Source: an uncultured Candidatus Saccharibacteria bacterium
Lineage (GTDB): Bacteria > Patescibacteriota > Dojkabacteria > SC72
Assembly: GCA_964618765.1 (NCBI GenBank)
Contig: CAZUDZ010000003.1
Location: 18,553-82,552 of the forward strand
Direction: 5' to 3'
DNA: 64,000 nucleotides
Shown: positions 39,364 to 47,896 of the stretch, piece after piece
How positions within the stretch are numbered: the stretch's first letter is position 1
Layout: each line of letters begins with the position of its first letter
The notes under the pieces: model-generated
Told to the model about the DNA's origin: nothing
The model's input: only the letters and a program-made list of their open reading frames with translations
Database searches by the model: none
Position numbers and translations under genes: made by a program

Positions 39364-40632
39364 ATGTCTATATTTATAGGATCGATACCAAACACACAGA
39401 AGGATGATGTGTTACTTGCAAAAAGCATCTCTAAGGGAGAAATCTCTACTGAAGATAGTATACAAAAATTAGAGGAAGAGTTTCAATCTGTTTTCAACAG
39501 TACAGCTCTCCTATTTAATAGAGGAAGAGAGGCTCTGTACTTCTTACTTAAAGAGCTCCAATTAACAAAGGACGATGAGGTTTTAGTACAAGCATTTACC
39601 TGTATTGCAGTTGTTGCACCTATTCTTTGGGTAAAATCCAAACCTCTGTTTGTAGACATTGACCCTAGAACTTTTAATATGAATCTGGATCTTCTTAAAA
39701 AGAATATTTCAAAAAGAACAAGGGCTATTATTCTACAGCATACTTTTGGGAATATAGTAGATGTTAAGAAGGTAAGAGACATTGTTGATGAGATAAATAT
39801 AAATAGAGTAGAAAACAGAAAAATATACATAATTGAGGATTGTGCCCATATTTTTACAACTAAAACCTCCAGTCATGGCATAGGTAAATATAGTGACTTC
39901 TATTTTTTTAGTTTTGCCCAAGACAAAAGTATAAGTTGTACCCAGGGGAGTTCTCTTTTCATAAATAGTCAGGAGCTTCAATCCAAACTACTACAAGAAT
40001 ATAAAAAACTTCCAAGAGTTTCTAATGAACAAGAAAAATATATAACAAGATATATACTTCTTTGGGATAGAATAAAAAGAAACTACTTTAAAACAGTAAT
40101 TCCTTTTACAAATATAACAGTAGGGAGAATCCAGCTAATCCTTTTCCGCCTTCTTGGATTAATTAAAAAACAGGCTTCTTTGGACACATTTACTATTAGT
40201 AATGTACAAAAACTTGGTAACGATCAAGCAGCTTTACTTTTAAACCAATTAAGCAAAGCTGAAACCTTTAATAAACATAGAAGTAATATAGTAACAAATT
40301 ACAACATTAACCTAAGGGAAGAGTTGCGATATAGCTCTAATAATAATACGTTACTTAGATATCCACTGCTCATTAGTAATAGGGGGCAAATAAAAAATCG
40401 ATTGAAGAGCAATAGAATAATAGCAGGTATCTGGTATAGCTCTCCTGTCTTTCCACTAACTTCTGCAGAAGAATTAAAAAAGTGTCATTATGAACTAGGA
40501 TCCTGCCCCGTTGCTGAAAGATTGGGCTCTTTAGTTCTTAATCTTCCAACAAATATAGAAGTAGGAAAGGCAGGTATGGAGGAAATTATAGAAACAGTAA
40601 ATACTTTTGCTAAAGCGACTAAATTTAATTAA
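39364..40632 (+). CDS. DegT/DnrJ/EryC1/StrS-family PLP-dependent aminotransferase-like protein
   Basis: 'IIEDCAHIF...GIGKYSDFYFFSFAQDKSIS' matches the DegT core including the PLP Lys; divergent 'CTQGSS' replaces 'GEGG'; long C-terminal extension. Confidence 0.55.
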   Translation: MSIFIGSIPNTQKDDVLLAKSISKGEISTEDSIQKLEEEFQSVFNSTALLFNRGREALYFLLKELQLTKDDEVLVQAFTCIAVVAPILWVKSKPLFVDIDPRTFNMNLDLLKKNISKRTRAIILQHTFGNIVDVKKVRDIVDEININRVENRKIYIIEDCAHIFTTKTSSHGIGKYSDFYFFSFAQDKSISCTQGSSLFINSQELQSKLLQEYKKLPRVSNEQEKYITRYILLWDRIKRNYFKTVIPFTNITVGRIQLILFRLLGLIKKQASLDTFTISNVQKLGNDQAALLLNQLSKAETFNKHRSNIVTNYNINLREELRYSSNNNTLLRYPLLISNRGQIKNRLKSNRIIAGIWYSSPVFPLTSAEELKKCHYELGSCPVAERLGSLVLNLPTNIEVGKAGMEEIIETVNTFAKATKFN

Positions 40633-40640
40633 CATATAGT

Positions 40641-41699
40641 ATGGATTTGCAATTTGAGAATATTGATGATGACAGTAAATGGGATGAGCTTGTTAAAGAA
40701 CTTCCCACTTACTCCTTCTTAAATAGCAGTGCTAGATACAGATACAACCAAGAAGTAGGGTCTAAAAGCTTTAGATTTGCAATTTTTGAGAAAGACCGAT
40801 ACATAGGGATAATTATGGCCTCTGTAGGCCGATCTAAGCTCTTTGGAAACTTCTTGGAGTGTAAACACTCCCCTTATTTAGTTAGAAACACTCAAAAGTA
40901 TTGGGAGGAGATATTTTTCTTCTGTAAGAGTATTGCAAAAGAAAATAGCTGTTTTCTTTTAAGATTTGCTCCTTTGTATGTAGAAAATAATGAGCTTTTA
41001 AAATTTTACAATGCCAATTCTTTCAAAGAAGCCCCAATACATAATGTAGATGCATTAATTTCTCAGCAACTTAATTTGGAAGAGGATATAGAAAGTATTA
41101 GAAGAGGAATGAATAAAACAAAAAGGAATTTGCTAAACAGGTTGATAGGGAATGAGGATATTAAGGTAGGAGTTTTTAATGATACTTCTCAATTTCAAAT
41201 ATTTAAGGAATTTCATGAACAGACAGTAAAGCTAAAGGGATATACAGATAAACCTGTGAATTTATTACTAAAAGAATTAGAACAACAGGTGGAGAAAGGG
41301 ATGTGCTACATGTTAGTGGGATATTACAAGGAGAAAGCGATAGGGGTATGGCAATGTACAGTATATGGTAAACATATGCACCTATATCAGGCAGCTACGG
41401 ATACAGAATTTAGAGATAAGAACATAAATATCTCGTATATTCTTTTCTGGGAGGCTATAAAATTAGGTAAACAGTTAAACTGTGAAATTTTTGATCTTTT
41501 TGGAGGTGTTGTCCCAGAGGCATTTGAAGAGAAGAAACATCCTTGGAGAGGAGTTAACGATTTTAAACGAAGTTTAGGAGGGCAAAAGGTAACATACATG
41601 CACAGTAGAGATTATGCATTAAACAAATTACTGTACCCAATATACTATATATACTCTTGGTTTAGAACTTCGATAAAGGGTCATACGATAAAGTGGTAA
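40641..41699 (+). CDS. FemAB/GNAT-like acyltransferase family protein (putative)
   Basis: Size and tandem GNAT-like layout resemble FemAB-family / Acetyltransf_6 proteins; adjacent to a sugar aminotransferase. Confidence 0.35.
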   Translation: MDLQFENIDDDSKWDELVKELPTYSFLNSSARYRYNQEVGSKSFRFAIFEKDRYIGIIMASVGRSKLFGNFLECKHSPYLVRNTQKYWEEIFFFCKSIAKENSCFLLRFAPLYVENNELLKFYNANSFKEAPIHNVDALISQQLNLEEDIESIRRGMNKTKRNLLNRLIGNEDIKVGVFNDTSQFQIFKEFHEQTVKLKGYTDKPVNLLLKELEQQVEKGMCYMLVGYYKEKAIGVWQCTVYGKHMHLYQAATDTEFRDKNINISYILFWEAIKLGKQLNCEIFDLFGGVVPEAFEEKKHPWRGVNDFKRSLGGQKVTYMHSRDYALNKLLYPIYYIYSWFRTSIKGHTIKW

Positions 41700-41706
41700 T
41701 TTAACA

Positions 41707-43443
41707 CTACCAACTACTTCCACCACCGCCACCACTTCCTCCTCCGCTACTTCCACCACTAAAACCACTACCACCTGAGCCTCCATGGCTTGATGTAAAT
41801 CCTCCTGCACTATTAGGAGCAGTAGATTTAAATTTAACACTCCTACCAATATTGGAAATAGAGTTGGCAAGATAGTAGGAATTAAAGGTATTCATGTTTC
41901 CCTGATACCAGTCAGGGGGTTCTTTGTATATATCCTTAAATTCACTTGCCCATTTCTTTTCTAATCCAAAAATAATTGCGTATGGGAGTAATGTCTCAAA
42001 AACACCTCTGTATTTCTCTGGATCATTATGAAACTCAATCCTGTGTTTCTCTGCTGTATCTATATACATCTTTAACCCCTCTAATTCATAGTATGATTGA
42101 CTCCCTTTCTTAGCTTTCAAGTTAACTTTTGAAGAGAAAATAATTGCGAGAATGGAGGAGAGTAAAAACCCAATACTCCAACCTGTTGCAGCAAGTTCAG
42201 AGAAGTACCCAAAGGTCATAAAGGATAGAGTGGAACCTAGAATTCCGAAAGTTGACATTCTGTTTCTTAACTTCTTTCTTTTTTCCTCAAAATACCCTTC
42301 ATCGTAGGCTACACTGTCTAATTCCTTTGATAGATTTTGAACGGTTAAATAATAAAAAGAGGAGGAGATTTTTTTAGTGTTAACAGAATCAGATCCATTA
42401 AATAGCCCTGCATATAACATTCTAGAGGAATCTCTTGTGATATCTTTCTCTACCTGAGTCTTCTCTAAAATATAATTTCTTTTCCCTTCCTGTTTAATCC
42501 GAATATGACCCTCTATCGCAAGTTGAATAATTTCTGCAGTAATATGCTTATTATCAAGCTTGCTAGAGTGTATATATCCCGCAAGCAAAGGATACATACC
42601 TTTTTCAGGTTCATAGTGGGGTATTACAGTAATTTTTTTGTTTTTACCTTTCTTGTTAATAATGAAAAGGAAGAAGAAAAAGAATGGTATGGGCAAGAAG
42701 ATTCCTATATTTGCAAGTAAGAAAGCAACCGTTTGTTCTGCTCTAGTGTCCTTCAGGGTGTCTTTTGGCATTTTAAGGGCAACAGTATATCCTTCGAGAG
42801 AACCTAAAGCTCTAGTAGTTGTACCTACTATTTGAGTGTCGCTTAATTTTTCAAAGGTACACTCCGATGCTGTAGAATCTTTTGGCCCAGTAAAGCAGAT
42901 AGTATCAGTAATCGTACCAGGAACCTCTATATTAGCAGAAACTGTTTCTATTGGCACAGACCATCCGTTACCAGTAATATTTAGGAATAGCTCATCATGA
43001 TCATCGAAGTAGTTAATTGTGTTTTTCAAGGAGTACTGTATGACATATACATACTCTCCCTGTATTGTGATATTTGGGTTACCTATCTTAAATATCTCAT
43101 ATCCACTTTTTTTACTCCTTTTATAATCGACTCTTTTAAGAGTAGGCTCATTTACTGGGTAGTAATATACTTCATCAAGTACTAATATTGTAGGTCTACG
43201 CAAAGCAGCCTGTACTTTGTAATCTACAGGAATTTCTCTAATGATTCCTCTCTTAGGGATAGGGAAAAAATAATGGATCTCTTCCCTAATCTTAATGTCT
43301 GTATTCTGATCTAATTGAATATCACTCTTAAAAAGAGTAATTCTTTCAATATTTAATCCCTCCTGTGCATATGTAGGGGAGAGTGAAAGTAGGGGTGTTA
43401 AAAAAAGTACACCAACGAAGAATGCCTTAAAGAAATTTTTCAT
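41707..43443 (-). CDS. DUF2207-family membrane protein
   Basis: Signal peptide, a large extracytoplasmic domain, TM helices and the family-typical C-terminal poly-Gly/Ser tail ending ...GGGGSSW; directly downstream of lemA. Confidence 0.75.
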   Translation of the reverse strand: MKNFFKAFFVGVLFLTPLLSLSPTYAQEGLNIERITLFKSDIQLDQNTDIKIREEIHYFFPIPKRGIIREIPVDYKVQAALRRPTILVLDEVYYYPVNEPTLKRVDYKRSKKSGYEIFKIGNPNITIQGEYVYVIQYSLKNTINYFDDHDELFLNITGNGWSVPIETVSANIEVPGTITDTICFTGPKDSTASECTFEKLSDTQIVGTTTRALGSLEGYTVALKMPKDTLKDTRAEQTVAFLLANIGIFLPIPFFFFFLFIINKKGKNKKITVIPHYEPEKGMYPLLAGYIHSSKLDNKHITAEIIQLAIEGHIRIKQEGKRNYILEKTQVEKDITRDSSRMLYAGLFNGSDSVNTKKISSSFYYLTVQNLSKELDSVAYDEGYFEEKRKKLRNRMSTFGILGSTLSFMTFGYFSELAATGWSIGFLLSSILAIIFSSKVNLKAKKGSQSYYELEGLKMYIDTAEKHRIEFHNDPEKYRGVFETLLPYAIIFGLEKKWASEFKDIYKEPPDWYQGNMNTFNSYYLANSISNIGRSVKFKSTAPNSAGGFTSSHGGSGGSGFSGGSSGGGSGGGGGSSW

Positions 43444-43457
43444 AGATATCTTTACGA

Positions 43458-44000
43458 TTAGAATTTTATTTCTACATTTTTCTGCTCTTCTTCAGTTGCT
43501 TCAAAGAAGGCTACTTTCTTAAAACCGAAAATACCTGAAAGCAAATTATTTGGGAATACAGCTATCATGGTATTAAAGTCTCTAGCAGCACCGTTGTAGA
43601 ATCTCCTAGATTTCTGAATATTGTTCTCCAACTCTTTCAAAGCTGATTGTAACTCTAAGAAGTTTGTGTTGGCTTTTAGTTCTGGATAGTTTTCAGCTAT
43701 TGCTACTATTCTTGAAAGAGCTTTTGTTAACTCTCCTTCTATTTCCATCTTCTCTTCTAAAGATCCAGCAGACATTGCCTTTGCTCTCATCTCAGTTATA
43801 CTCTTAAAGGTTTCTTGTTCATGCTTTGCATATCCTTTAACTATTTCAACAAGATTAGGAATCATATCGTATCTTTGTTTTAGAAAAGTCTCGATATCAG
43901 CAGAAGCTTCCTCTACTAAAACTTTCTGTTTAGCAAGTTTATTAAAAAGAGTTACCAGAACTATTAGCAACAAAACTAACACTCCAATTGCATATATCAT
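43458..44000 (-). CDS. lemA: LemA-family protein
   Basis: N-terminal TM helix plus 'KLAKQKVLVEEASADIETFLKQRYDMIPNLVEIVKGYAKHEQETF', the characteristic LemA sequence. Confidence 0.85.
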   Translation of the reverse strand: MIYAIGVLVLLLIVLVTLFNKLAKQKVLVEEASADIETFLKQRYDMIPNLVEIVKGYAKHEQETFKSITEMRAKAMSAGSLEEKMEIEGELTKALSRIVAIAENYPELKANTNFLELQSALKELENNIQKSRRFYNGAARDFNTMIAVFPNNLLSGIFGFKKVAFFEATEEEQKNVEIKF

Positions 44001-44045
44001 ATATTTACCATCATTAATTTATATATTTATATTGTAATTGTTTCT

Positions 44046-44327
44046 TTATGGTTTTGCAATAGATTTTTCAATCTTTATGGCGCTCTCATTTATTAACGCA
44101 TCCGTTATTTTCTCCAAAGCATTTGTCAAGTCTCGTTGGTACTGACTCTGTGAAATTCTCATCTTTTGAGCAGCCTGATTTTGATCTAATTTTTTTAAAT
44201 ATCTCAACCTTAAGGACTCTAATTCTTCAAAAGAGATCACTGTTTCTGGTAATAGGTTAAGAGGTACTCCTCTAGGTTTGAAATATGTCTCTCTAAAATT
44301 GTAATTAATTCTTCTTCTCCTTCTCAT
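44046..44327 (-). CDS. DUF134/UPF0251-family DNA-binding protein (sigma-70 region-4-like HTH)
   Basis: 'FKPRGVPLNLLPETVISFEELESLRL...QNQAAQKMRISQSQYQRDLTNALEKITDALINESAIKIE' parallels the DUF134 consensus. Confidence 0.7.
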   Translation of the reverse strand: MRRRRRINYNFRETYFKPRGVPLNLLPETVISFEELESLRLRYLKKLDQNQAAQKMRISQSQYQRDLTNALEKITDALINESAIKIEKSIAKP

Positions 44328-44388
44328 ATGTTTATTAATGATTAATAATGGAAAAGAGGCAATTATCGCTAACTGCCTCTTTAATGTA

Positions 44389-44595
44389 TTAGCACAGTTC
44401 TCCTTTTAAGGGAGTTCCGCATTTAGGACAATTTATGGAGGTACAAGGGATACCTCTTTTATGAGGTTCTTTGTGTCCACAAGTAGGGCAGCTACACTCC
44501 GCAGAACCACCTAAGCCTCTTGGACGAGGGCTATTTACTCTTTTTCCTGTTCTAGGACCTTGTCCCATTGGTCCAGTTCCATCTAAGTTAGGCAT
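44389..44595 (-). CDS. DUF5320-family small protein with C-terminal Cys-rich zinc ribbon
   Basis: N-terminal 'MPNLDGTGPMGQGPRTG' is the DUF5320 signature; the C-terminus holds two CxxC pairs. Confidence 0.6.
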   Translation of the reverse strand: MPNLDGTGPMGQGPRTGKRVNSPRPRGLGGSAECSCPTCGHKEPHKRGIPCTSINCPKCGTPLKGELC

Positions 44596-44714
44596 ATTAT
44601 TTATTATTATAATTTAATGTGGGTATATACCCATTACCATTCTAACAACCATTGACAGCTCTGTCAAGAGTGTATTATGTAAGCTGTAAAACAGGGTATG
44701 ATATAATAAACTAT

Positions 44715-45416
44715 ATGAACAAGGAAAATAGCAACCACATAGTAAAGATCCTAGAAATTGATCAACTAACGCATGATGTTAAAAGGTTTAGGGTTGAAAA
44801 ACCAACAAATTACAGATTCATACCAGGACAGGCTACAGAGGTAGCAGTAAATCAGGGAGATTTTAGAGATCGATTCCACCCATTCACATTTACTAATTTA
44901 AACGAAGATAATTACTTAGAATTTATGATTAAAGGATATCCTGTAAGTAAATACCCTAATCATTCAGGTGTAACGGAAAGAATACATCAACTAGAAATTG
45001 GAGATGAACTCCTGATTAAAGGACCTGTTGGAACTATAAAGTATAAAGGAAAGGGCGTGTTTTTAGCAGGAGGAGCAGGAATTACTCCTTTTGTTGCAAT
45101 ATTTAGAGATCTAGAGAAGAAGAATGAACTGGATAGTAATACGTTGATATTTTCTAATAAAAATCATAAAGATATTATCATCAAAGATGAATTAGAGGAT
45201 CTTTTTAGCAAAAATAACCTATTATTAACCTTAACAAGAGAGAAGGTTAAAGATTGTGAATATGGAAGAATAGATTCGGTAATGATGAAAAAACATATTA
45301 AAGATTTTAATCAATACTTCTATATATGTGGTCCTTCTGGTTTTGAAGAGTCTTTAATATCTGATCTAGTACTGCTAGGAGTTAATAGGGAGAATATAAT
45401 AATAGAAGAGTGGTAG
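44715..45416 (+). CDS. FAD/NAD(P)-binding oxidoreductase (ferredoxin-NADP reductase-like fold)
   Basis: FAD-binding 'RFRVEKPTNYRFIPGQATEV...HPFTF' (RxYS/T-like) and NAD-binding 'GKGVFLAGGAGITPFVAIF'; no C-terminal Fe-S Cys cluster; the start was moved to the internal ATG (the track ORF starts at 44652). Confidence 0.6.
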   Translation: MNKENSNHIVKILEIDQLTHDVKRFRVEKPTNYRFIPGQATEVAVNQGDFRDRFHPFTFTNLNEDNYLEFMIKGYPVSKYPNHSGVTERIHQLEIGDELLIKGPVGTIKYKGKGVFLAGGAGITPFVAIFRDLEKKNELDSNTLIFSNKNHKDIIIKDELEDLFSKNNLLLTLTREKVKDCEYGRIDSVMMKKHIKDFNQYFYICGPSGFEESLISDLVLLGVNRENIIIEEW

Positions 45417-45464
45417 GAGTTGGGGTGTTTTCTAAGTTATTTAATTTAAACATAGATTAAATAT

Positions 45465-45713
45465 ATGGAATACAACTCAGAAGGGCTAACAGATAGTATA
45501 AACAAGTTAAATGATACTTTGGAAAGGAAGTTAGAGATATGGAGAATTTTTCTTAATGCTGTAATTTCTGGAATAGGTACTGCAGTAGGAGCTGCTCTGA
45601 TTGGTGCAATAGTGGTTGGAGTAATAGCTTCTAATTTAGACAGAGTCCCCATCTTAAGAGACATACTCCCAGATAACATTGAGAAATATATAGAGGAGAG
45701 TAGTAATGATTAA
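45465..45713 (+). CDS. Hypothetical small membrane protein
   Basis: 82 aa with one Gly/Ala-rich TM helix. Confidence 0.3.
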   Translation: MEYNSEGLTDSINKLNDTLERKLEIWRIFLNAVISGIGTAVGAALIGAIVVGVIASNLDRVPILRDILPDNIEKYIEESSND

Positions 45714-45737
45714 ACTTTTCTGATGTTTTATTAAAAA

Positions 45738-45811
45738 TCGGGGAGACAGGACTTGAACCTGCGGCCTCTGCGTCCCAAACGCAGCGTTCTAGCCATCTGA
45801 ACTACTCCCCG
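45738..45811 (-). tRNA. tRNA-Pro(TGG)
   Basis: Acceptor CGGGGAG/CTCCCCG, anticodon stem CTGCG/CGCAG with loop TTTGGGA, T-arm GCAGG-TTCAAGT-CCTGT. Confidence 0.8.
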
Positions 45812-45896
45812 ATATCATTAACTAGAGAATTCTATCATAATATAACAAAAAAGGGGAGAATAAATCCCCCCTTTAGTTAGTTTGCATAAAACTGCT

Positions 45897-46247
45897 TTAG
45901 AAAGCACCCATAAGCTTCAATGCCCATCCTGACACTACTGGTACGTCATATCTTTGACCCTTAGATGCTTTAACCATAGCTACTATGATTAAAATCCAAA
46001 CTACAACAGTAAATGGTACTGTTATAATCCAACCTATTACAGGAATGATTCCCAATACTAGCTGAATTGCACCAATTATTGCAAATTGTGCGCCCATATA
46101 TCTTACAAACTGATCATTTTTTTCTACAAAAAGAAGTATCAATCCAATGATAGGGAAGCAGGCCAAAATAGCCATCACCTTATTCGCTTCATTGAATCTA
46201 ATCTCTTCTAATGTATAAACTTTTTTGGCTCGTTTCTCTTCTGCCAT
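45897..46247 (-). CDS. Small polytopic membrane protein (DUF4870-like)
   Basis: Three to four TM helices; 'FVRYMGAQFAIIG' resembles the DUF4870 core. Confidence 0.4.
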   Translation of the reverse strand: MAEEKRAKKVYTLEEIRFNEANKVMAILACFPIIGLILLFVEKNDQFVRYMGAQFAIIGAIQLVLGIIPVIGWIITVPFTVVVWILIIVAMVKASKGQRYDVPVVSGWALKLMGAF

Positions 46248-46324
46248 AATAAATAAAGAAATTAATTTAAGTTATGTCCCTAGTATAGTATTTGGAGTGC
46301 TTTTATGCAAGTCACAGTTCTATA

Positions 46325-46338
46325 GGTACTTGTATACC
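46325..46338. promoter_or_regulatory. Candidate LexA operator (GGTAC-N4-ATACC imperfect palindrome) upstream of lexA
   Basis: 'GGTACTTGTATACC' lies ~50 nt upstream of the lexA ATG and resembles GTAC-N4-GTAC-type SOS boxes; a second GTATAC copy follows at ~46352. Confidence 0.25.
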
Positions 46339-46386
46339 CTGGCTCCATAGAGGTATACTGTAAAACTAAATTTACTAATTAAAAAC

Positions 46387-47034
46387 ATGGGCGGTATACT
46401 AACAAAAAGACAGGAATCCGTTTTAAAATTAATAAGGAAATGCTACTTAGAGAATGGTTATGCCCCCTCTTTGGGCGAGCTACAAGAGTCTTTAGGCATA
46501 TCTTCTAAAAGAGGGGTTGTTAATCACTTAATTGCCCTCGAGAAGAAAGGGTACATTATCAGGACTGGGGAACCAAGAGGTATACATATGGTGAATGGTG
46601 AGGAGGAAGTAGTATATGATTATCTAATTGGAATTCCCATATTAGGATACGCGAATGCAGGAACACCTCTTGTGAATGCAGAGGAAGAGAATATTGGGAT
46701 TCTTAAAGTTGACCCTAAATTAATTGGGAAGAAGAAGAATCTTTTTGCATTAATTGTGAAAGGTGACTCTATGGATCTAACTCAAATTGATGGAGAGAAT
46801 ATTAATGAAGGAAGTTATTTAATAGTACAGAAGGATGTAGAGATGGAGGATGGAGATGTTGTTGTAGCGGTACTGGATAACAGTGCTACTGTTAAAAGAT
46901 TTAAGAAAGACAAAAACATGATAACTCTTTATCCAGAGTCTAGTAATCCTATCAACCAACCTATATTTTTGGATAGAGATACAGAGGTTATGTTTAATGG
47001 AAAAGTTATAAAAGTACTAGAGAATCCTACCTAA
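46387..47034 (+). CDS. lexA: LexA repressor
   Basis: N-terminal wHTH 'GYAPSLGELQESLGISSKRGVVNHLIALEKKGYI' and C-terminal S24 peptidase with the Ser ('GDSM') and Lys ('VKRF') dyad. Confidence 0.85.
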   Translation: MGGILTKRQESVLKLIRKCYLENGYAPSLGELQESLGISSKRGVVNHLIALEKKGYIIRTGEPRGIHMVNGEEEVVYDYLIGIPILGYANAGTPLVNAEEENIGILKVDPKLIGKKKNLFALIVKGDSMDLTQIDGENINEGSYLIVQKDVEMEDGDVVVAVLDNSATVKRFKKDKNMITLYPESSNPINQPIFLDRDTEVMFNGKVIKVLENPT

Positions 47035-47722
47035 TGTAAACTTTTTTTATATATTTCTTCATAATTCTCTTTATTTCTTGAAGCTCTTGTTTCCTAAAAG
47101 AATTTTGAGAAGAAAGAGTCGGATCTAAAGTTGTTCCTGGCCTAAAATTTTGGATATAGTAGCTTTTAGCTCCTTTAATCATCTCTCCTATCCTTTCAAC
47201 AGAGTCGTAGTCATGTAACCCTTTAACATAAGTAGTTCTAAATTCATAGTCAATATCAGAGTTCATTATTAAATCAATAGATTTCTGAATTCTTTCTGAG
47301 AAATCTTGTTTAGTGGAACTTTTGAAATAATCACTCTTAGGATATTTAACATCCATAGCTATATAATCAAGAAGATTTTGATCAAGAAGTTTTTTTAACC
47401 TACTTGGTTGTGTTCCATTACTATCTAATTTAACAAGATAGCCCATACTCTTTATCTTCTTAATCAGCTTCTCTAGATCAGAATGTATTAAAGGCTCTCC
47501 TCCTGTTATGACAACCCCATCTAGCTTATCTTTTCTTTTTCTTAAAAAATCAAAAAGATCCTTCTGAGTAATCCCTGTCTTCCTAGAAAATTTCTCAACA
47601 ACAAGCTCAGGATTATGACAGTAGGGGCACCTTAAATTACAGCCGTGTGTAAATATTACTGCAGATATCTTTCCTGGATAGTCTAAGAGAGAAGTTCTTT
47701 CCAAACCACTAATTCTTACCAT
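47027..47722 (-). CDS. nrdG: Anaerobic ribonucleoside-triphosphate reductase activating protein (radical SAM)
   Basis: 'GCNLRCPYCHNPEL' CxxxCxxC radical-SAM motif; downstream of nrdD. Confidence 0.85.
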   Translation of the reverse strand: MVRISGLERTSLLDYPGKISAVIFTHGCNLRCPYCHNPELVVEKFSRKTGITQKDLFDFLRKRKDKLDGVVITGGEPLIHSDLEKLIKKIKSMGYLVKLDSNGTQPSRLKKLLDQNLLDYIAMDVKYPKSDYFKSSTKQDFSERIQKSIDLIMNSDIDYEFRTTYVKGLHDYDSVERIGEMIKGAKSYYIQNFRPGTTLDPTLSSQNSFRKQELQEIKRIMKKYIKKVYIR

Positions 47723-47735
47723 CTGTATATCCTTA

Positions 47736-47873
47736 CTAAGACTCTAGATTAAAGACCTTTCTGTCTTCCCATTCAGACTGTTTACCAACATTCCATTGTG
47801 AAAGAGGACTGAGATAGCCTACTACCCTTGAGTAAACTTCACACCTTTGTCTTGCTACTACTTTTTTAGACAT
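47736..47873 (-). CDS. Unannotated 45-codon ORF encoding the NrdD glycyl-radical motif (split nrdD C-terminus)
   Basis: Manual translation MSKKVVARQRCEVYSRVVGYLSPLSQWNVGKQSEWEDRKVFNLES; 'SRVVGYLSP...WNVGKQ.E...R.V' aligns with the class III RNR C-terminus (T4: RRVCGYLGSPDARPFNAGKQEEVKRRV). Confidence 0.55.
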   Translation of the reverse strand: MSKKVVARQRCEVYSRVVGYLSPLSQWNVGKQSEWEDRKVFNLES

Positions 47874-47896
47874 AATTATATATATTAAAAATTAAA

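Noticed and set aside
41707-41770. Gly/Ser-rich tandem repeat that could be a low-complexity or slippage repeat element
   Set aside because: It is the in-frame C-terminal poly-Gly tail typical of DUF2207 proteins, not an independent repeat feature.
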